64,000 nt of DNA from Eledone cirrhosa (lineage: Eukaryota): assembly GCA_964016885.1 (NCBI GenBank), contig OZ024743.1:9362001-9426000 (forward strand). Reading direction: 5' to 3'. Below the pieces are notes generated by a model. The model saw nothing but the letters and a program-made list of their open reading frames with translations, searched no databases and had not been told where the DNA came from. Shown here one piece after another: positions 1-11,774 of the stretch (position 1 is its first letter; each line of letters begins with the position of its first letter). The translations under genes were made by a program, and so were the position numbers.

Positions 1-71
1 CCAAAGTATAACAATATCGGTTTCAACACACGATTTCAGATAAAGAATCTTGCTAAACAAATTCAGAAACG

Positions 72-120
<49 letters not shown>

Positions 121-128
<8 letters not shown>

Positions 129-518
129 AATATGAAAATAATGGAGCTGCGGCGTTGCAAATGGGTTACATATGAAAACGTTTGTCCTTCATCAGTGGTC
201 TTCCAACCGTCCTAGGCATTTCATCGCTTTAAAGACCATATACCTCAGGTTGGTGCGAGCAACGGCTAAAAAAAGTCGTTGGGACACTTAAATAAAGGGG
301 ACGCTAGGGTAAACAAACAAAATGGTTTAAGCAACAGAAAGTGACAAGTCCCAGATTTCTATGAATATAAATTCGGTGAAATCGTGAACGAGAGAATAAA
401 GACCATCAAACCTGGTTGAAATATGAGCAAGGAAGGAATTTCTCACAGGCCTAACGGGAGGAAGAAGAAGAAGGGGTCTGGTCTGCGAATTCGGTAAACA
501 TAAGTTCTGTGAAGTCGC

Positions 519-606
<88 letters not shown>

Positions 607-1018
607 ACATTCATACCGGCTTGGCCAAGAGCGCGTGAGAAAAGAATTACGGACAGGTCAAACGGGAAGAAAGAGGAGGAGGAGAGGTAGTGACAGAGAA
701 TGAGTGAGTGAAGGGTGAGGAAGAGGCTAACAGAGAGAGAGAGACTGCTAGAAAGGGTAAAGATACAAAGAACGAAACAGACGCGTAGCAGCAGAGGAAA
801 AAATATATGTGTAAATATGATAATAATGGAGCTGCGGTGTTGATCACTTTCTGTTGCTTAAACCATTTTGTTTGTTTACCCTAGCGTCCCCTTTATTTAA
901 GTGTCCCAACGACTTTTTTTAGCCGTTGCTCGCACCAACCTGAGGTATATGGTCTTTAAAGCGATGAAATGCCTAGGACGGTTGGAAGACCACTGATGAA
1001 GGACAAACTTTTTCATAT
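121..1018 (-). mobile_element. Non-coding PLE-pLTR/retrozyme-like element with ~175-bp inverted repeats and ~35-bp direct repeats
   Basis: 171-344 is the reverse complement of 844-1018. 123-157 (tgtaaatatgaaaataatggagctgcggcgttg) recurs directly at 810-842. (TA)n lies on both flanks. The repeat carries a truncated CTGATGA...AAACGTT core. Confidence 0.6.
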
Positions 1019-1050
1019 ATATATATATATATATAGTATGTTATAAAATA

Positions 1051-1239
1051 TAATTGTTTCTACTTTAGGCACAAGGCCAGCAATTACCCAGTGCATTACT
1101 GGTACTTTATTTTATCGACCCCGTAAGGATGAAAGGCAAAGTCAACCTCGGCGGGATTTGAACTCAGATCGTAAAGGGACGTAACTATGCTGGAAAGCAT
1201 GGCGTCCGACCCTCTACCGATACTGCCAATCCACCGCCC
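1051..1239 (-). mobile_element. tRNA-derived SINE (central core resembles the MetaSINE-type domain)
   Basis: Minus strand reads box A TGGCAGTATCGG, box B GAGTTCAAATCC, core GCCTTTCATCCTTACGGGGTCGATAAA and an AATTA tail. About 11 copies occur in the window. Confidence 0.85.
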
Positions 1240-1254
1240 TTTATAAAATATAAT

Positions 1255-1740
1255 GGCGCTGGTTCAACAACAAAATGTACTCTGTGCTCAGACCACAACA
1301 TGGCCCCCAAGTAGATAAAAACTGCTTGCCGCTCCTGGCTAAAGGAGGATGGTGGAGCAATCCTCACGATGGACTCAGTTGTTAGCAGATGTTCGACATA
1401 AACCCACAAGTCAGCGATGCTCGGACACTAAACGAGTACGTGTAGGGCGGTCTCGGCTGACGGCACTTCCATGCCTGTAAAGTTAATGACGAACTGGCAA
1501 AGTTCCTCGGTAACACTGCCGGGCCAGGGACTTCTGGAAATTATCCATTGGCCCTGGACCGAAAGTCTTCCCGAAGAGAATAGCCAGAGTTTCCCCAAGG
1601 ACGTCGTCGCTCTTTCCCTCCACTAACCCTCTATAGAACGCCAAGGTGGAGTTTCCACCGTGCGCATCGCCCGACCGGTCGAGGGCTGTGAGCGCCTGAA
1701 GGCATTCCAGTCTCCAAGTGCTTTCTCTCGGTCTTCGCAA
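1255..1740 (-). pseudogene. 3' fragment of an L1/Tx1-clade ORF2 (diverged relative of the 45584-49021 ORF)
   Basis: Translation ECLQALTAL...FYRGLV...FGKTFGPGPMDNFQKSLARQCYRGTLPVR...LWVYVEHLL aligns by eye to the ORF2 C-terminus of the other copies. Confidence 0.85.
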
Positions 1741-1833
1741 AGTTAACCACGGCTGGATTTGAACTCAGAACGTAAAGGGCCGTAGCTCTATGCAGCAAAG
1801 CATGGCGTCCGACTCTCTACTGATACGGCCAAT
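1741..1833 (-). mobile_element. tRNA-derived SINE, 5' half
   Basis: Matches the head (box A/box B) of the SINE family: ggatttgaactcagaacgtaaagggccgtag...gatacggccaat. Confidence 0.7.
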
Positions 1834-1836
1834 AAT

Positions 1837-2047
1837 AATTGTTTCTTATATAGGCACAATTATAAAAATAGGTCAGCAATTTTGGGGGAGGGGAAAGTTG
1901 ATTAAATCGACCCCAGTGGGTGACTTATACTTTATTTTATCGACCCCGTAAGAATGAAAGGCAAAGTGGGATTTGAACTCAGACCGCAAAGGACCGTAAC
2001 TCTATGCTGCAAAGGATGGTATTCGACTCTCTACCGATATTGCCAAT
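1837..2047 (-). mobile_element. tRNA-derived SINE
   Basis: Same family: tactttattttatcgaccccgtaagaatgaaaggcaaagt...gggatttgaactcag...ctctaccgatattgccaat. Confidence 0.8.
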
Positions 2048-2054
2048 AATAAAA

Positions 2055-2094
<40 letters not shown>

Positions 2095-2101
2095 CTACAA
2101 C

Positions 2102-3082
2102 ATGTTCCACAAGAGGAGTGATGTCGATAGACTCTACCTAAGGAGATCTGAGGGTGGAAGAGGTCTTATCAGCATAGAGGACTGTGTTCAGATGGAGAAA
2201 AACAACCTATACAAATACGTGACCTATAGTAAGGAGCCAATGCTCAGAACTGTACTGAAGGAGGGGACAGTAGGCCAGGGGATGTCCAAGGAGGAAATAA
2301 CATCAAGGAGGAAGAGCAGCCTTAAGGGAAAATCCCTTCATAGTACCTTCTTTGAGAAAACTGAATTTAGAGATCCACAGACATGGAACTGGTTGAGAAG
2401 AGGAGACCTCAAAAAGGCTACAGAAGGAATGCTAATGGCTGCGCAGGAGCAGGCCCTCAAAACGAAGTGGTTGAAGCACCATATCTACAAGGAGGAGGCT
2501 AGCCCACTGTGCAGGATCTGTGGAGAGAGAGAGGAGACTGTGGCTCACATTGTGTCCGAGTGTAAACACCTAGCCCAGACCCACTATAAGGGCTGGAGAC
2601 ACGATGTGATGGGCAGGGTGATCCACTGGCACCTGTGCAAAGTAAACAATCTACCACATTCTGAGAAATGGTATGAGCATAGGCCAGAGGCGGTGATGGA
2701 GAACAGTCAGGTGAAGGTGCTGTGGGATTTTAGGATACAGACGGACAAAAAACTGGAACACAATAGACCTGACCTGGTGGTTGTGGACAAAGAAAAAAGA
2801 TCGTGCCTGATTGTGGATGTGGCCTGCCCGTTCGACACGAGAGTGCAAGAGAAGGAGAGGGAGAAAATTAACCGATACCAGGACCTAAAGTGGGAGGTGA
2901 AAAGGATTTGGAACTGCCATGAAGTCAAAGTGATCCCGATTGTCATAGGCGCACTGGGGACTATCTCCAAAGGTTTCCAGGGATGGTTAAAGAAAATCGG
3001 CCCCTTCACGCTTTTTGGAACGCTTCAAAAGGCATGCTTGCTTGGAACAGCAAGAACCCTCCGATACGTCCTGAATATCTGA
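2102..3082 (+). CDS. 5'-truncated R4/Dong-like non-LTR retrotransposon ORF: end of RT thumb, CCHC knuckle and restriction-like endonuclease
   Basis: Motifs DVDRLYLRRSEGGRGL, CRICGEREETVAHIVSEC (CCHC), RHD and PDLVVVDK...IVDVACP...EK..RY (PD-(D/E)xK). The frame is uninterrupted and flanked by (AAT)n at 2045-2090 and 3157-3205. Confidence 0.85.
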   Translation: MFHKRSDVDRLYLRRSEGGRGLISIEDCVQMEKNNLYKYVTYSKEPMLRTVLKEGTVGQGMSKEEITSRRKSSLKGKSLHSTFFEKTEFRDPQTWNWLRRGDLKKATEGMLMAAQEQALKTKWLKHHIYKEEASPLCRICGEREETVAHIVSECKHLAQTHYKGWRHDVMGRVIHWHLCKVNNLPHSEKWYEHRPEAVMENSQVKVLWDFRIQTDKKLEHNRPDLVVVDKEKRSCLIVDVACPFDTRVQEKEREKINRYQDLKWEVKRIWNCHEVKVIPIVIGALGTISKGFQGWLKKIGPFTLFGTLQKACLLGTARTLRYVLNI

Positions 3083-4184
3083 GGCTGCAGGTAGTGGCTT
3101 GATATTCAATCCAACGGACTTTCCAGTTAACCAACATCAATGACTGAGATTCAAGGAATAACAATAACAATAATAATAATGATAATAATAATAATAAATA
3201 AATAAAATAGTTAAATAAAAGAAATGCATCTGTTTGGTTGTCGGAGGAAGTTGTCGACATGAAATAGGAATATAACATCAACATTATTACGACTCATTGA
3301 AAGAAAAAGAAGTTCACGAGCGTACAATGTTTGCATTGTCTCTCTATTGCAGTAGCATTAGTTCAAACAATCTTTACGTACTATCTGATTTCAAATAGAT
3401 TTAAGTCCTTCTCAGCATTAATAATTATGGAAATACTGTAAAAAAATTTCGAAAAAAGGGAATATAAATTTCATTGGTTTTAAATGACTGATGTCTGCAA
3501 ATTTTGTCTTTGAAGTTAAATACTCTAAATCACGATAGTAAAATTGGTTTTGTTGCTTACAGGATTTAACATATGATTGGATAAACTTTAAGTTCAAAGG
3601 AATTATACAAGATTCCATAGAAGATATTTTTTGCCACATTCTAGAAAATCATTAATTAGGTATGTCTGTTTGTACGGTTAACACTTGAAACCAGTTAGTC
3701 AGTGATACAATAAACACAACACGCATAATAAAGAAAGAAAATCCTTTGGAACAAAGACGTTAATGAATTACAAATATACAGATTAAATATGTTTTGTTTG
3801 TTTTCAGTTAAAACGATGACCTTATTTCATGTAAAGGTAAATATAAATGAGCTAAGGGAAATAACCCAAGTAGGTGCTTGGCATGAATTTAAATAATTCA
3901 AATATATTGTGCTTATAGTGAATGGCGTGTGCAAAGCAATGACGAATCGAAATATGTCCTAGTTTGAAAAGAAAAAAAAAAATCTGAGTATTGTTAGCGA
4001 CACCCCTAAAAAGGGAGATAATTCCTCCAAAATTAAGAATTAATTTGAATTTTCATGCTTAGAGAAAAATGTAGTCTTCGTTACTTCATGTAAAGTTTGG
4101 AAATTTTACACACATGTAGTTCTTGACTTGGTTTGTTTGAACAATATAAAATTATATTAAGTAATATGATTTTGCTGAATATGA

Positions 4185-4450
4185 GCATGCTGACAGGAGA
4201 CCCAAATTAGACCCCGAGCAACATGGTTAGATGACATCCATGAGCTTGGCTGGTCACGTTTGGGGATCCAACTGGATCAGTTGGAGACGGTTGCTTCTGA
4301 CAGGATCCGCTGGAAGGAGTGTTTGAGGACTCTTCCCCCACGACTCTCGGGAATGAGTGGGAGAAGAAGAAGAAGAAGAAGAAGAAGAAGAAGAAGAAGA
4401 AGAAGAAGAAGAAGAAGAAGAAGAAGAAGAAGAAGAAGAAGAAGAAGAAG
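4185..4450 (+). mobile_element. 3' end of an RTE-type LINE with (GAA)n tail
   Basis: Remnant RPRATWLDDI...LETVASDRIRWKECL followed directly by a long GAA run. Confidence 0.55.
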
Positions 4451-5004
4451 AATATGAGCATACCAGCTATATACATTTTACTCAAAATATGTATTCATCA
4501 TGGCATGTTATAAACGGCATGTTATAAAGAAATATTGAGACGACTCACACGCGGGTGCACATATACTATAGATACTGAGATACGAGATGATATAATGATA
4601 CATTGATCTTAAAGCAACCCCAGAACACTGTTTACAGATAACTATGAATTCTGTTAGAAGAGACGTCACGGTACAATCGGCCGTCGTATTGTCATCCCGT
4701 GCTACAATAGCGGATATAACATCGCGTGTTCACTAACTTCTTCATTTCAAAATCCACTTTTGATATTGCAAAACGAAAATAAGTTCAACTGTTACTATAA
4801 ATATTCCAAACTTTCACATCCCGTGTTGATTTGTCGATTGTTCTTTATTTTCGTTTGTGTCCAAAATTGAACACACGTGCACTCACACACACGCACACAC
4901 ACACACACGCACCCGCACACACACACGCACACACACGCACACACACGCACGCACGCGCGCGCACACAAACACACACACACACAAATACACGTATATATAG
5001 ATAA

Positions 5005-5640
5005 AGTTTACAGAATTTCAAGGGTATATAGTCTGGAGATCAACATCAAAAAGACAAAAGTAATGGCAGCCACTAGACAGAAGGAAGAAGTGAACATATG
5101 GTCCCAGAGTGTCAGGCTTGAACAAGTCGAGAAGTTCAAATACCTTGGTTCAATACTTGAGCAGCCGGTAGGGGGAAGTTGGGAAATAAGGGCGAGACTA
5201 ACAACTTCCGGAACAATGTTGAGTACACTCGGCATAGAGATCTTATAAAGGATAGAGATCTTATAAATTCGACCCAAAAGAAAGTAATCAAAACATTGTG
5301 TGGCCGGTAGTTCTATATGGTTGTGAGTCATGGACCTTAAAGGCATCTGACTGGAAACGACTGAGTGCATTTGAATTGCCATGCTATAGGAGTTCGCGTA
5401 GAAGTATCTAGACAGCTCAAAGGACAAATGAATCTGTTCTGGAAGAGATTGGTGCCAATCGACAGTTGGTTGAAACAGTAAGGAAAAGGAAACTTCAGTA
5501 TTTTGGTCGTGCCATCAGAGCCCAAAATCTGACTATCCACACCCTTGAGGGACGAATACAGGGGAAAAGTGCCAGGAGACGCCATAAAAGGAGATGGATA
5601 GATGATATTAAGGAATGGACAGGAAGAGAGCTGGTCCACA
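5005..5640 (+). pseudogene. RTE-clade LINE fragment (RT C-terminal part, frameshifted)
   Basis: Motifs [39 protein letters not shown] and EGRIQGK...RRWIDDIKEWTG. Confidence 0.8.
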
Positions 5641-5906
5641 AGTCCATATATATATATGTAGATAAATCTACCAAAATATAGGGTAGTGTCCAATCCGTAT
5701 GAAGAACTCAATGTAATCCAAATATTATGAAAAGAGAAGATGTATTCAAAAATTTTTCGATGAAAATCACAGGAAAACAGAGTCAAGATAAATTAATAAA
5801 AACAATGAATAAAAACAAAGAACAAGTTCCTTATATTAAAAAAATTCATTTTACGATCATTTCTAGGATATATATGTGTTTTGGTATGTATATCATATAG
5901 ATCTAT

Positions 5907-6036
<130 letters not shown>

Positions 6037-6192
6037 ACTTGTGGTCAGATGTGAGAAAAACCATAGACCCTCCATCTCAACTCTACTTTTGAAAAGCAGA
6101 AGAACTGCAAAACCGGTAAAGGAACCAAATAAATATATATATTTTAAAAAAATAAGACTCCAGTTGCATTTTCGATTACATCTTTTTTTCTT

Positions 6193-6244
<52 letters not shown>

Positions 6245-6246
<2 letters not shown>

Positions 6247-7660
6247 CAAAATAATTAATGAAAGAGTTACAAGCCGTTAAAACATATCTTTATAAAGCTC
6301 TTACACATGTTTCGCCTAATGGGGCTCGTCTGAGGCAGATATTATGGCAAAGTTTTTAATTAAATACCCTATACGGGCAGAATAATACATTAACATCAGA
6401 ATTCATAGAAAAATGGTGGAAAGATGTTAGTATGCTAAGGTAGGTAATTACCAGTGCTGGTGTAATGTTACTTCTCAAACTAATGACCGCTACCGGCATA
6501 GTAAGACATTTTATTTATTATTTAAAGGGAATTAACGTAAGTAGGGTTAGTCGACTCAATGTAATGAGGCGATGTTAAGGTATGAGTATGAATTATTAGT
6601 AAAGTCATTAAAGACTATACGCAAGTTTAACTAGTGCACAGTGGCAAGTTCAGTGTGACTTTGAAGGCCTAGAAAGGTAAAGTCACATTAGATGGAATTT
6701 GTATATTTATATGATCAATTGTCTAAGAAGTTGCTTGGGTATAAGCGGCGGTTCTGTAAAATTACCTAAAGATCTGTCTGGCCGTGTGGAAGAATATAGC
6801 GGGGTAGGCCCAGCTGATTATATGCAGTGCAGCTTCCTGGAGGGAGAATAGAGGGTGGATGATGGTGTTGTTCCAAGTTGTTTAATAGTAAGTCAACCGC
6901 TCGTAAGTCGGGCGAGGGTGTGGTCTTGAGAGCATCAAGTGTTATGGTGGTTATGTTGTTGGGGTCCATCTATATAAAGATTGTTGTAGTCGATAGCCGC
7001 AATTGATAACAGTTTCAGCCCAACTATTCCTGGAGTGCTTGCACTATATAGTATAGTTCCATTAGGCAGAGTTGGCAGCTTTTTAAAAAGTGTATGGTGT
7101 TGCTTGGTTCACAATTTCCCAACGAGTGGTGAAGCTAATGTTAGAGTCATTTAACTGGGTGATATAGTTAGCGAGGGAGATAGAGTATCTAAGCTTCTTA
7201 TTCCTAAACGAGTGCTCGAAATCTGGTCTTGAATGCCCCAGAGATAGCTCCTATATAAGACTTAACACTATTATGACTAGTAACGGTACATCTATAGATA
7301 ATGGTTTTAATCAGGAGTGGACAGTTTGCGGAGTTACGACAATTGCAATGTTTATTACGGTCACCTCTAAGGTGGTGAGTGTTGGTATTAATCGTAATAT
7401 GATTATTATCACCATAGCCACTATTATTGTAGTTGGCATTATTATAGCCCACGTCTCATGTTATAGCATCTTCTACAGCCGTTGTTAGAGCTGTTAAGGT
7501 TACTAACCCTGTCGTCAGTCTCACTACTGGTGCAGCAGTTAGTTTCTAATGTGGTGCCGTTGTGTAAACCGCTGCTAATACTAGGATAACTATCCTGGTT
7601 ACTACCATCGTTATCATGCGGGGCGAGAGAATTGCTTAGGTTAACTGAGTTGTCATATTC
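6245..7660 (-). mobile_element. 5'-truncated Penelope-like element (Naiad-like GIY-YIG endonuclease remnant plus 3' HHR region)
   Basis: Minus-strand translation CNCRNSANCPL...IIYRC...YIGAISGAFKTRF, then across frameshifts SFRNKK..SISLANYITQL..WEIV..CQLCLMELYYI. An HHR motif lies downstream at 6297-6336 and the element ends in (TA)n. Confidence 0.75.
6297..6336 (-). ncRNA. Type I hammerhead-like motif, U4A core variant
   Basis: Minus strand gcct CAGACGA GCC ccatta GGC GAAAC atgt GTA agagc: 3-bp stem II, short stem III, GUA site and weak stem I. Confidence 0.6.
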
Positions 7661-7667
7661 CCTAAAA

Positions 7668-7768
<101 letters not shown>

Positions 7769-9284
7769 CGTGCGTGTGTGTGTATGTATGTATGTGTATG
7801 TATATATATATATATATATATATACATATATATAAACGGAAAGTGTCTAAGCAAAAATAACCAAAAGAACCAATTTGAATAAAAAGGTCGACGAAGAAAT
7901 TTCATTGTCAAAAATTTAACGGACATTGTTAGCAAGTCTGAAGGGAAAGGAGAGATAATTTAAGAAGTTATTAAAAAAACAGTTCTTGAATTGGCATGCA
8001 AAAGAGAAAAGAACAATTTAATCTTTGATTCGGAGGCAAGTGACAAATATGGACACATATAACCTCAAATTGAGCTCATCGCCATAGTATCGCCAATTTC
8101 GCCTCCAAACAGTCATAGAGAATATATATAAAGTATAACAGATTAAGCACATCCTCCGCCAAGAATAATTTGCCAAATCAATATGAAACGGACCTAAGAG
8201 AACGTAACACAAACAATTAGAAGCATGAATTTTGATATCAAAGGAAAGTTGAGAAAAATTCATGCTTGATTTGATATGCTTCAGAGAAAAATAATAGTTT
8301 GACCCTTTACTTTTATGCATGTTAATTCAGCTGTGAATATGTTTAACTTCTTTATATTATCTCCCATTTTCATTCAAAGTTGCTACCAAACAATACTAGG
8401 TGTTTATCTCTTTGTTCCATAAGTTTTAATCAATTAAGAAATTATCGTGTATGGCATTCAGTCCAGCCAACATAAACGTTTCATATAACCATATAGAAAG
8501 AACGGAAGAAATTTCAGAAAAAAAAGCCTAAAAAAGAGACATACAATTGGAAAAAGCAATTAGGGGAAGCTAGGAATTTAGAGGAAGAAGTTTTACTGTA
8601 GAAGTTTTATGTAAGTCATTTGTAGGCATTATATAGAAGCTGGAAATAGATCTCCGAAGAACGGTTTTATTGGATCAATGTTTCATTTATGACTTTTGAC
8701 CTGAAATAATGACCAGGTCCAAATATAATCATAATACGCAGTTTAGCATAAACATCGATAAGATTATCTCTCGTAGACAAATACTGTATAGCTGTTCGAT
8801 ATCAGTTTGTACTGATGTAATTACAGGCTTAATATTGCTTTTATTGATTATAATAACTCGAATAACTCGTCTGTTTTGGATCTCTTAAATACATTGGGTA
8901 CATGTTCCTCGGTCTTGATAGCCTGATGCATTGAACTACTGTTGAGTGTAAGAGGAAATTTTACATAAATGACATAAGTCCATTATTCTTGAATTACTAA
9001 TTTCTTTCATTATATACCTTGTAACGAACAGCCTAGGTTCATCACCGTATGTCATTAATCACAGTAAATGCAATATTACATGTTTCAAGTTTATGTTGTT
9101 GCCTAACATTTAATACATTTTGTTTTATAAAATAGAGCCTTTTATCACAGAGTAAGAGAAAATAAGGATACATTCATTGTAGAAAATTTACTGCAAAAAA
9201 TTCTACATAAATGTTTTAAAGTTATTTCGTCTATTTCAGCAAGGAATATTCCAGTTGTTCAATCAGTAGAATTACTTTCCTTGT

Positions 9285-9495
9285 AAATGATTTCTACTAT
9301 AGGCACAATGCTAGCAAATTTAGGGCAGGGGAAAGCCGATCAAGTCGACCACAGTGCGTGACTGGTACTTTATTTTATCGACCCCCTAAGGATGAAAGGC
9401 AAAGCTAACCTTGGTGGGATTTGAACTCGGAACATAAAGGGACGTAACTCTAGACTACAAAGCATATTGTCCGACGATCTATCGATACTGCCAAT
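9285..9495 (-). mobile_element. tRNA-derived SINE
   Basis: Same family core: actggtactttattttatcgaccccctaaggatgaaaggcaaag and gggatttgaactc. Confidence 0.8.
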
Positions 9496-10446
9496 CTTTC
9501 CTCGTAGATGGATAAGTATTCCACACTCACAATTTTGCCTGTAACATAATGCTCAGGCCAAATCTGTGGTCACAACTTTCGAGAAGGCTGGTTCAATTTT
9601 AACTCAGTTTCATTCCCATGATATGAGCCAAATCAAGATGTGTGTGTGAAAATAGGTAGAAAATGCTATATTCGAAAGTATTTTCCGAAAATGCTGCACA
9701 GAGAATTCGAACTGGGAATTAAAAATCCTTCTGTGTTTGATAAAATAAATCCTAGTGTTCAAATAGGTCTTGTGTACAAAGTGGTATATGTCTTGCTCGC
9801 GGATTAACCGTAGTAAAATAATAATATGATTCATAAACGTGGTGACAGGTTGTATAGTAAGTACTTTATCAACATAGTCCACATTCCAGACATTTCTAAA
9901 CGTATGAGATCATTTTTTCTATTATTTTACATAATTTGGTGGGATAACTCGTACATAGACATGTGATCAGAGAAAATTGTTAAGCTTCAGTGTTTCCCAT
10001 AATCATATGACAAGCTAATTCAAACAAAACCAGTCAGAAGAAGGCATTTTTTGAAAATATTTTGTGACTTCCTTAACCATATTACCAACAATGCACTCAC
10101 CACCGTAACACACACAGGCGGTGGAAGTATTTCTGAATAAGGTGGTGGTGGTGGACAATTTAGTTGTAGTGATTAGTTTAGCACTTTGCATTCTAAAATA
10201 GTCAGAAAACATTCGATATTCGATAAACACAACATGTACATTAATTGTAGCACATATCCATGTGTTTTGGTAGTTTAGGGTGAAAATATAATACCCCCCC
10301 CCCCCCCCCCTCCCCCCATTTCCATAGCCACTGTATATATATAACTAAAATAAATTATGCTCTGTGCCCTTTCCTAAGGGGTTAATATATCGAAGTTCTT
10401 CGCATTTGGTAAAAAACTGGAATTGTACCCAATTTATTCATCTCTA

Positions 10447-10493
<47 letters not shown>

Positions 10494-10507
10494 TGTACCC
10501 AATTTAT

Positions 10508-10596
<89 letters not shown>

Positions 10597-11074
10597 CATT
10601 CATTTATGGCTATTAGTGAGCTTTGTTACTCTAAAGTTTCACCAGCGCATTCACGGAATCACCAGTCTTGTCTGGTGAGTGCGCAGATAACAAGCCTTAA
10701 CTATAATAAATGAATATTTAAACTCTACTTCGGTATTGAGTTTTCATTTTTACGTCCGTCAATAATTCATGGTCTTGAATAATCATCTGCACCTCACGCT
10801 TATTAATGTGTCAGATAAATCCCCCTTTCTCCGGGTTTTAATCCCCTCTCACCCGCTTAATAAATTTTGCTACTCTATCTCCGGCGAAATTTTATTGTAA
10901 TATTGATACAGCAGCTGGGGAACCTAATAATAATTTTATTTTACATTAAAAAAACACATTATGTATGACAAAAGAAGAACATTACAAGAAATCTCATTTA
11001 CGAACGTACACTATACAATTACTGATTTCCCAAGCCCCCCATTATTGCCCCCTCCTTTTATCTGGGACTCGAGA

Positions 11075-11570
11075 GTGCAACCAAAATCTCCTCCATTCTA
11101 TGTCTGTCATACAAAACTCTCTTTTAATCGCCCTCTCTGTATCTACTAAAACCAAACTCTACTCCTCTCTATATCTACCACGACACCGCCTCTCTGACCC
11201 CACTCTCTATATCTAAGGCTGATACACTCTCTCACTCTCTACATATATCTACACTTATCTCTCGCAATCACCCTCTGTATATCAATCACACCTAAAGTCT
11301 TCCCCCTCTCTATATCTACAACATAACACTCTCCCATTATCCCTCTCTGTATATCTACATCCACAAAATTCTCCTCCTCTCTATATCTACTACACGGAAC
11401 TCTCTTTTAATCCCCCTCTCTATATCAATTAACACCGAACTCTCCCCCTCTCTATATCTACTAAACGGAACTCTCTTCCAATCCCCCTATCTATATCAAT
11501 TAATACCAAACTCCCCCTCTCTATATCTATTAAACGGAACTCTCTTCCAATACCCCTCTCTATATGAATT
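11075..11570. repeat. Degenerate ~59-bp minisatellite built on CTCTCTATATC(T/A)A; resumes at ~17320-17440
   Basis: Repeated unit ccctctctatatcaattaacaccgaactctccccctctctatatctactaaacggaactctct. The same motif occurs after the 3' end of the LINE at 17330-17430. Confidence 0.7.
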
Positions 11571-11774
11571 ACCACTTGATATAGACGTGAATTACTTCGT
11601 TCCGGACTTTTACGGATTATTGTAAAAAAACTGTGAGTTCATTGCTCAATTTAATAGCATTGTTTAGTTAACCCCTTGCCTGGGCCTTCAGACGTTGAGT
11701 CAACTAATTTTCGCCCCTTTCTGGGGCGAAATTTTCATTTTCATCTCAAAACTGTGTAGATTTGGTAGTCAGCA

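Noticed and set aside
10422-10590. Local ~70-bp duplication (attgtacccaatttattcatctct + CT/TA runs)
   Set aside because: It is an ordinary slippage duplication next to microsatellites.
11075-11570. CRISPR-like repeat/spacer pattern
   Set aside because: It is a degenerate tandem minisatellite without unique spacers, in a eukaryotic context with no cas genes.
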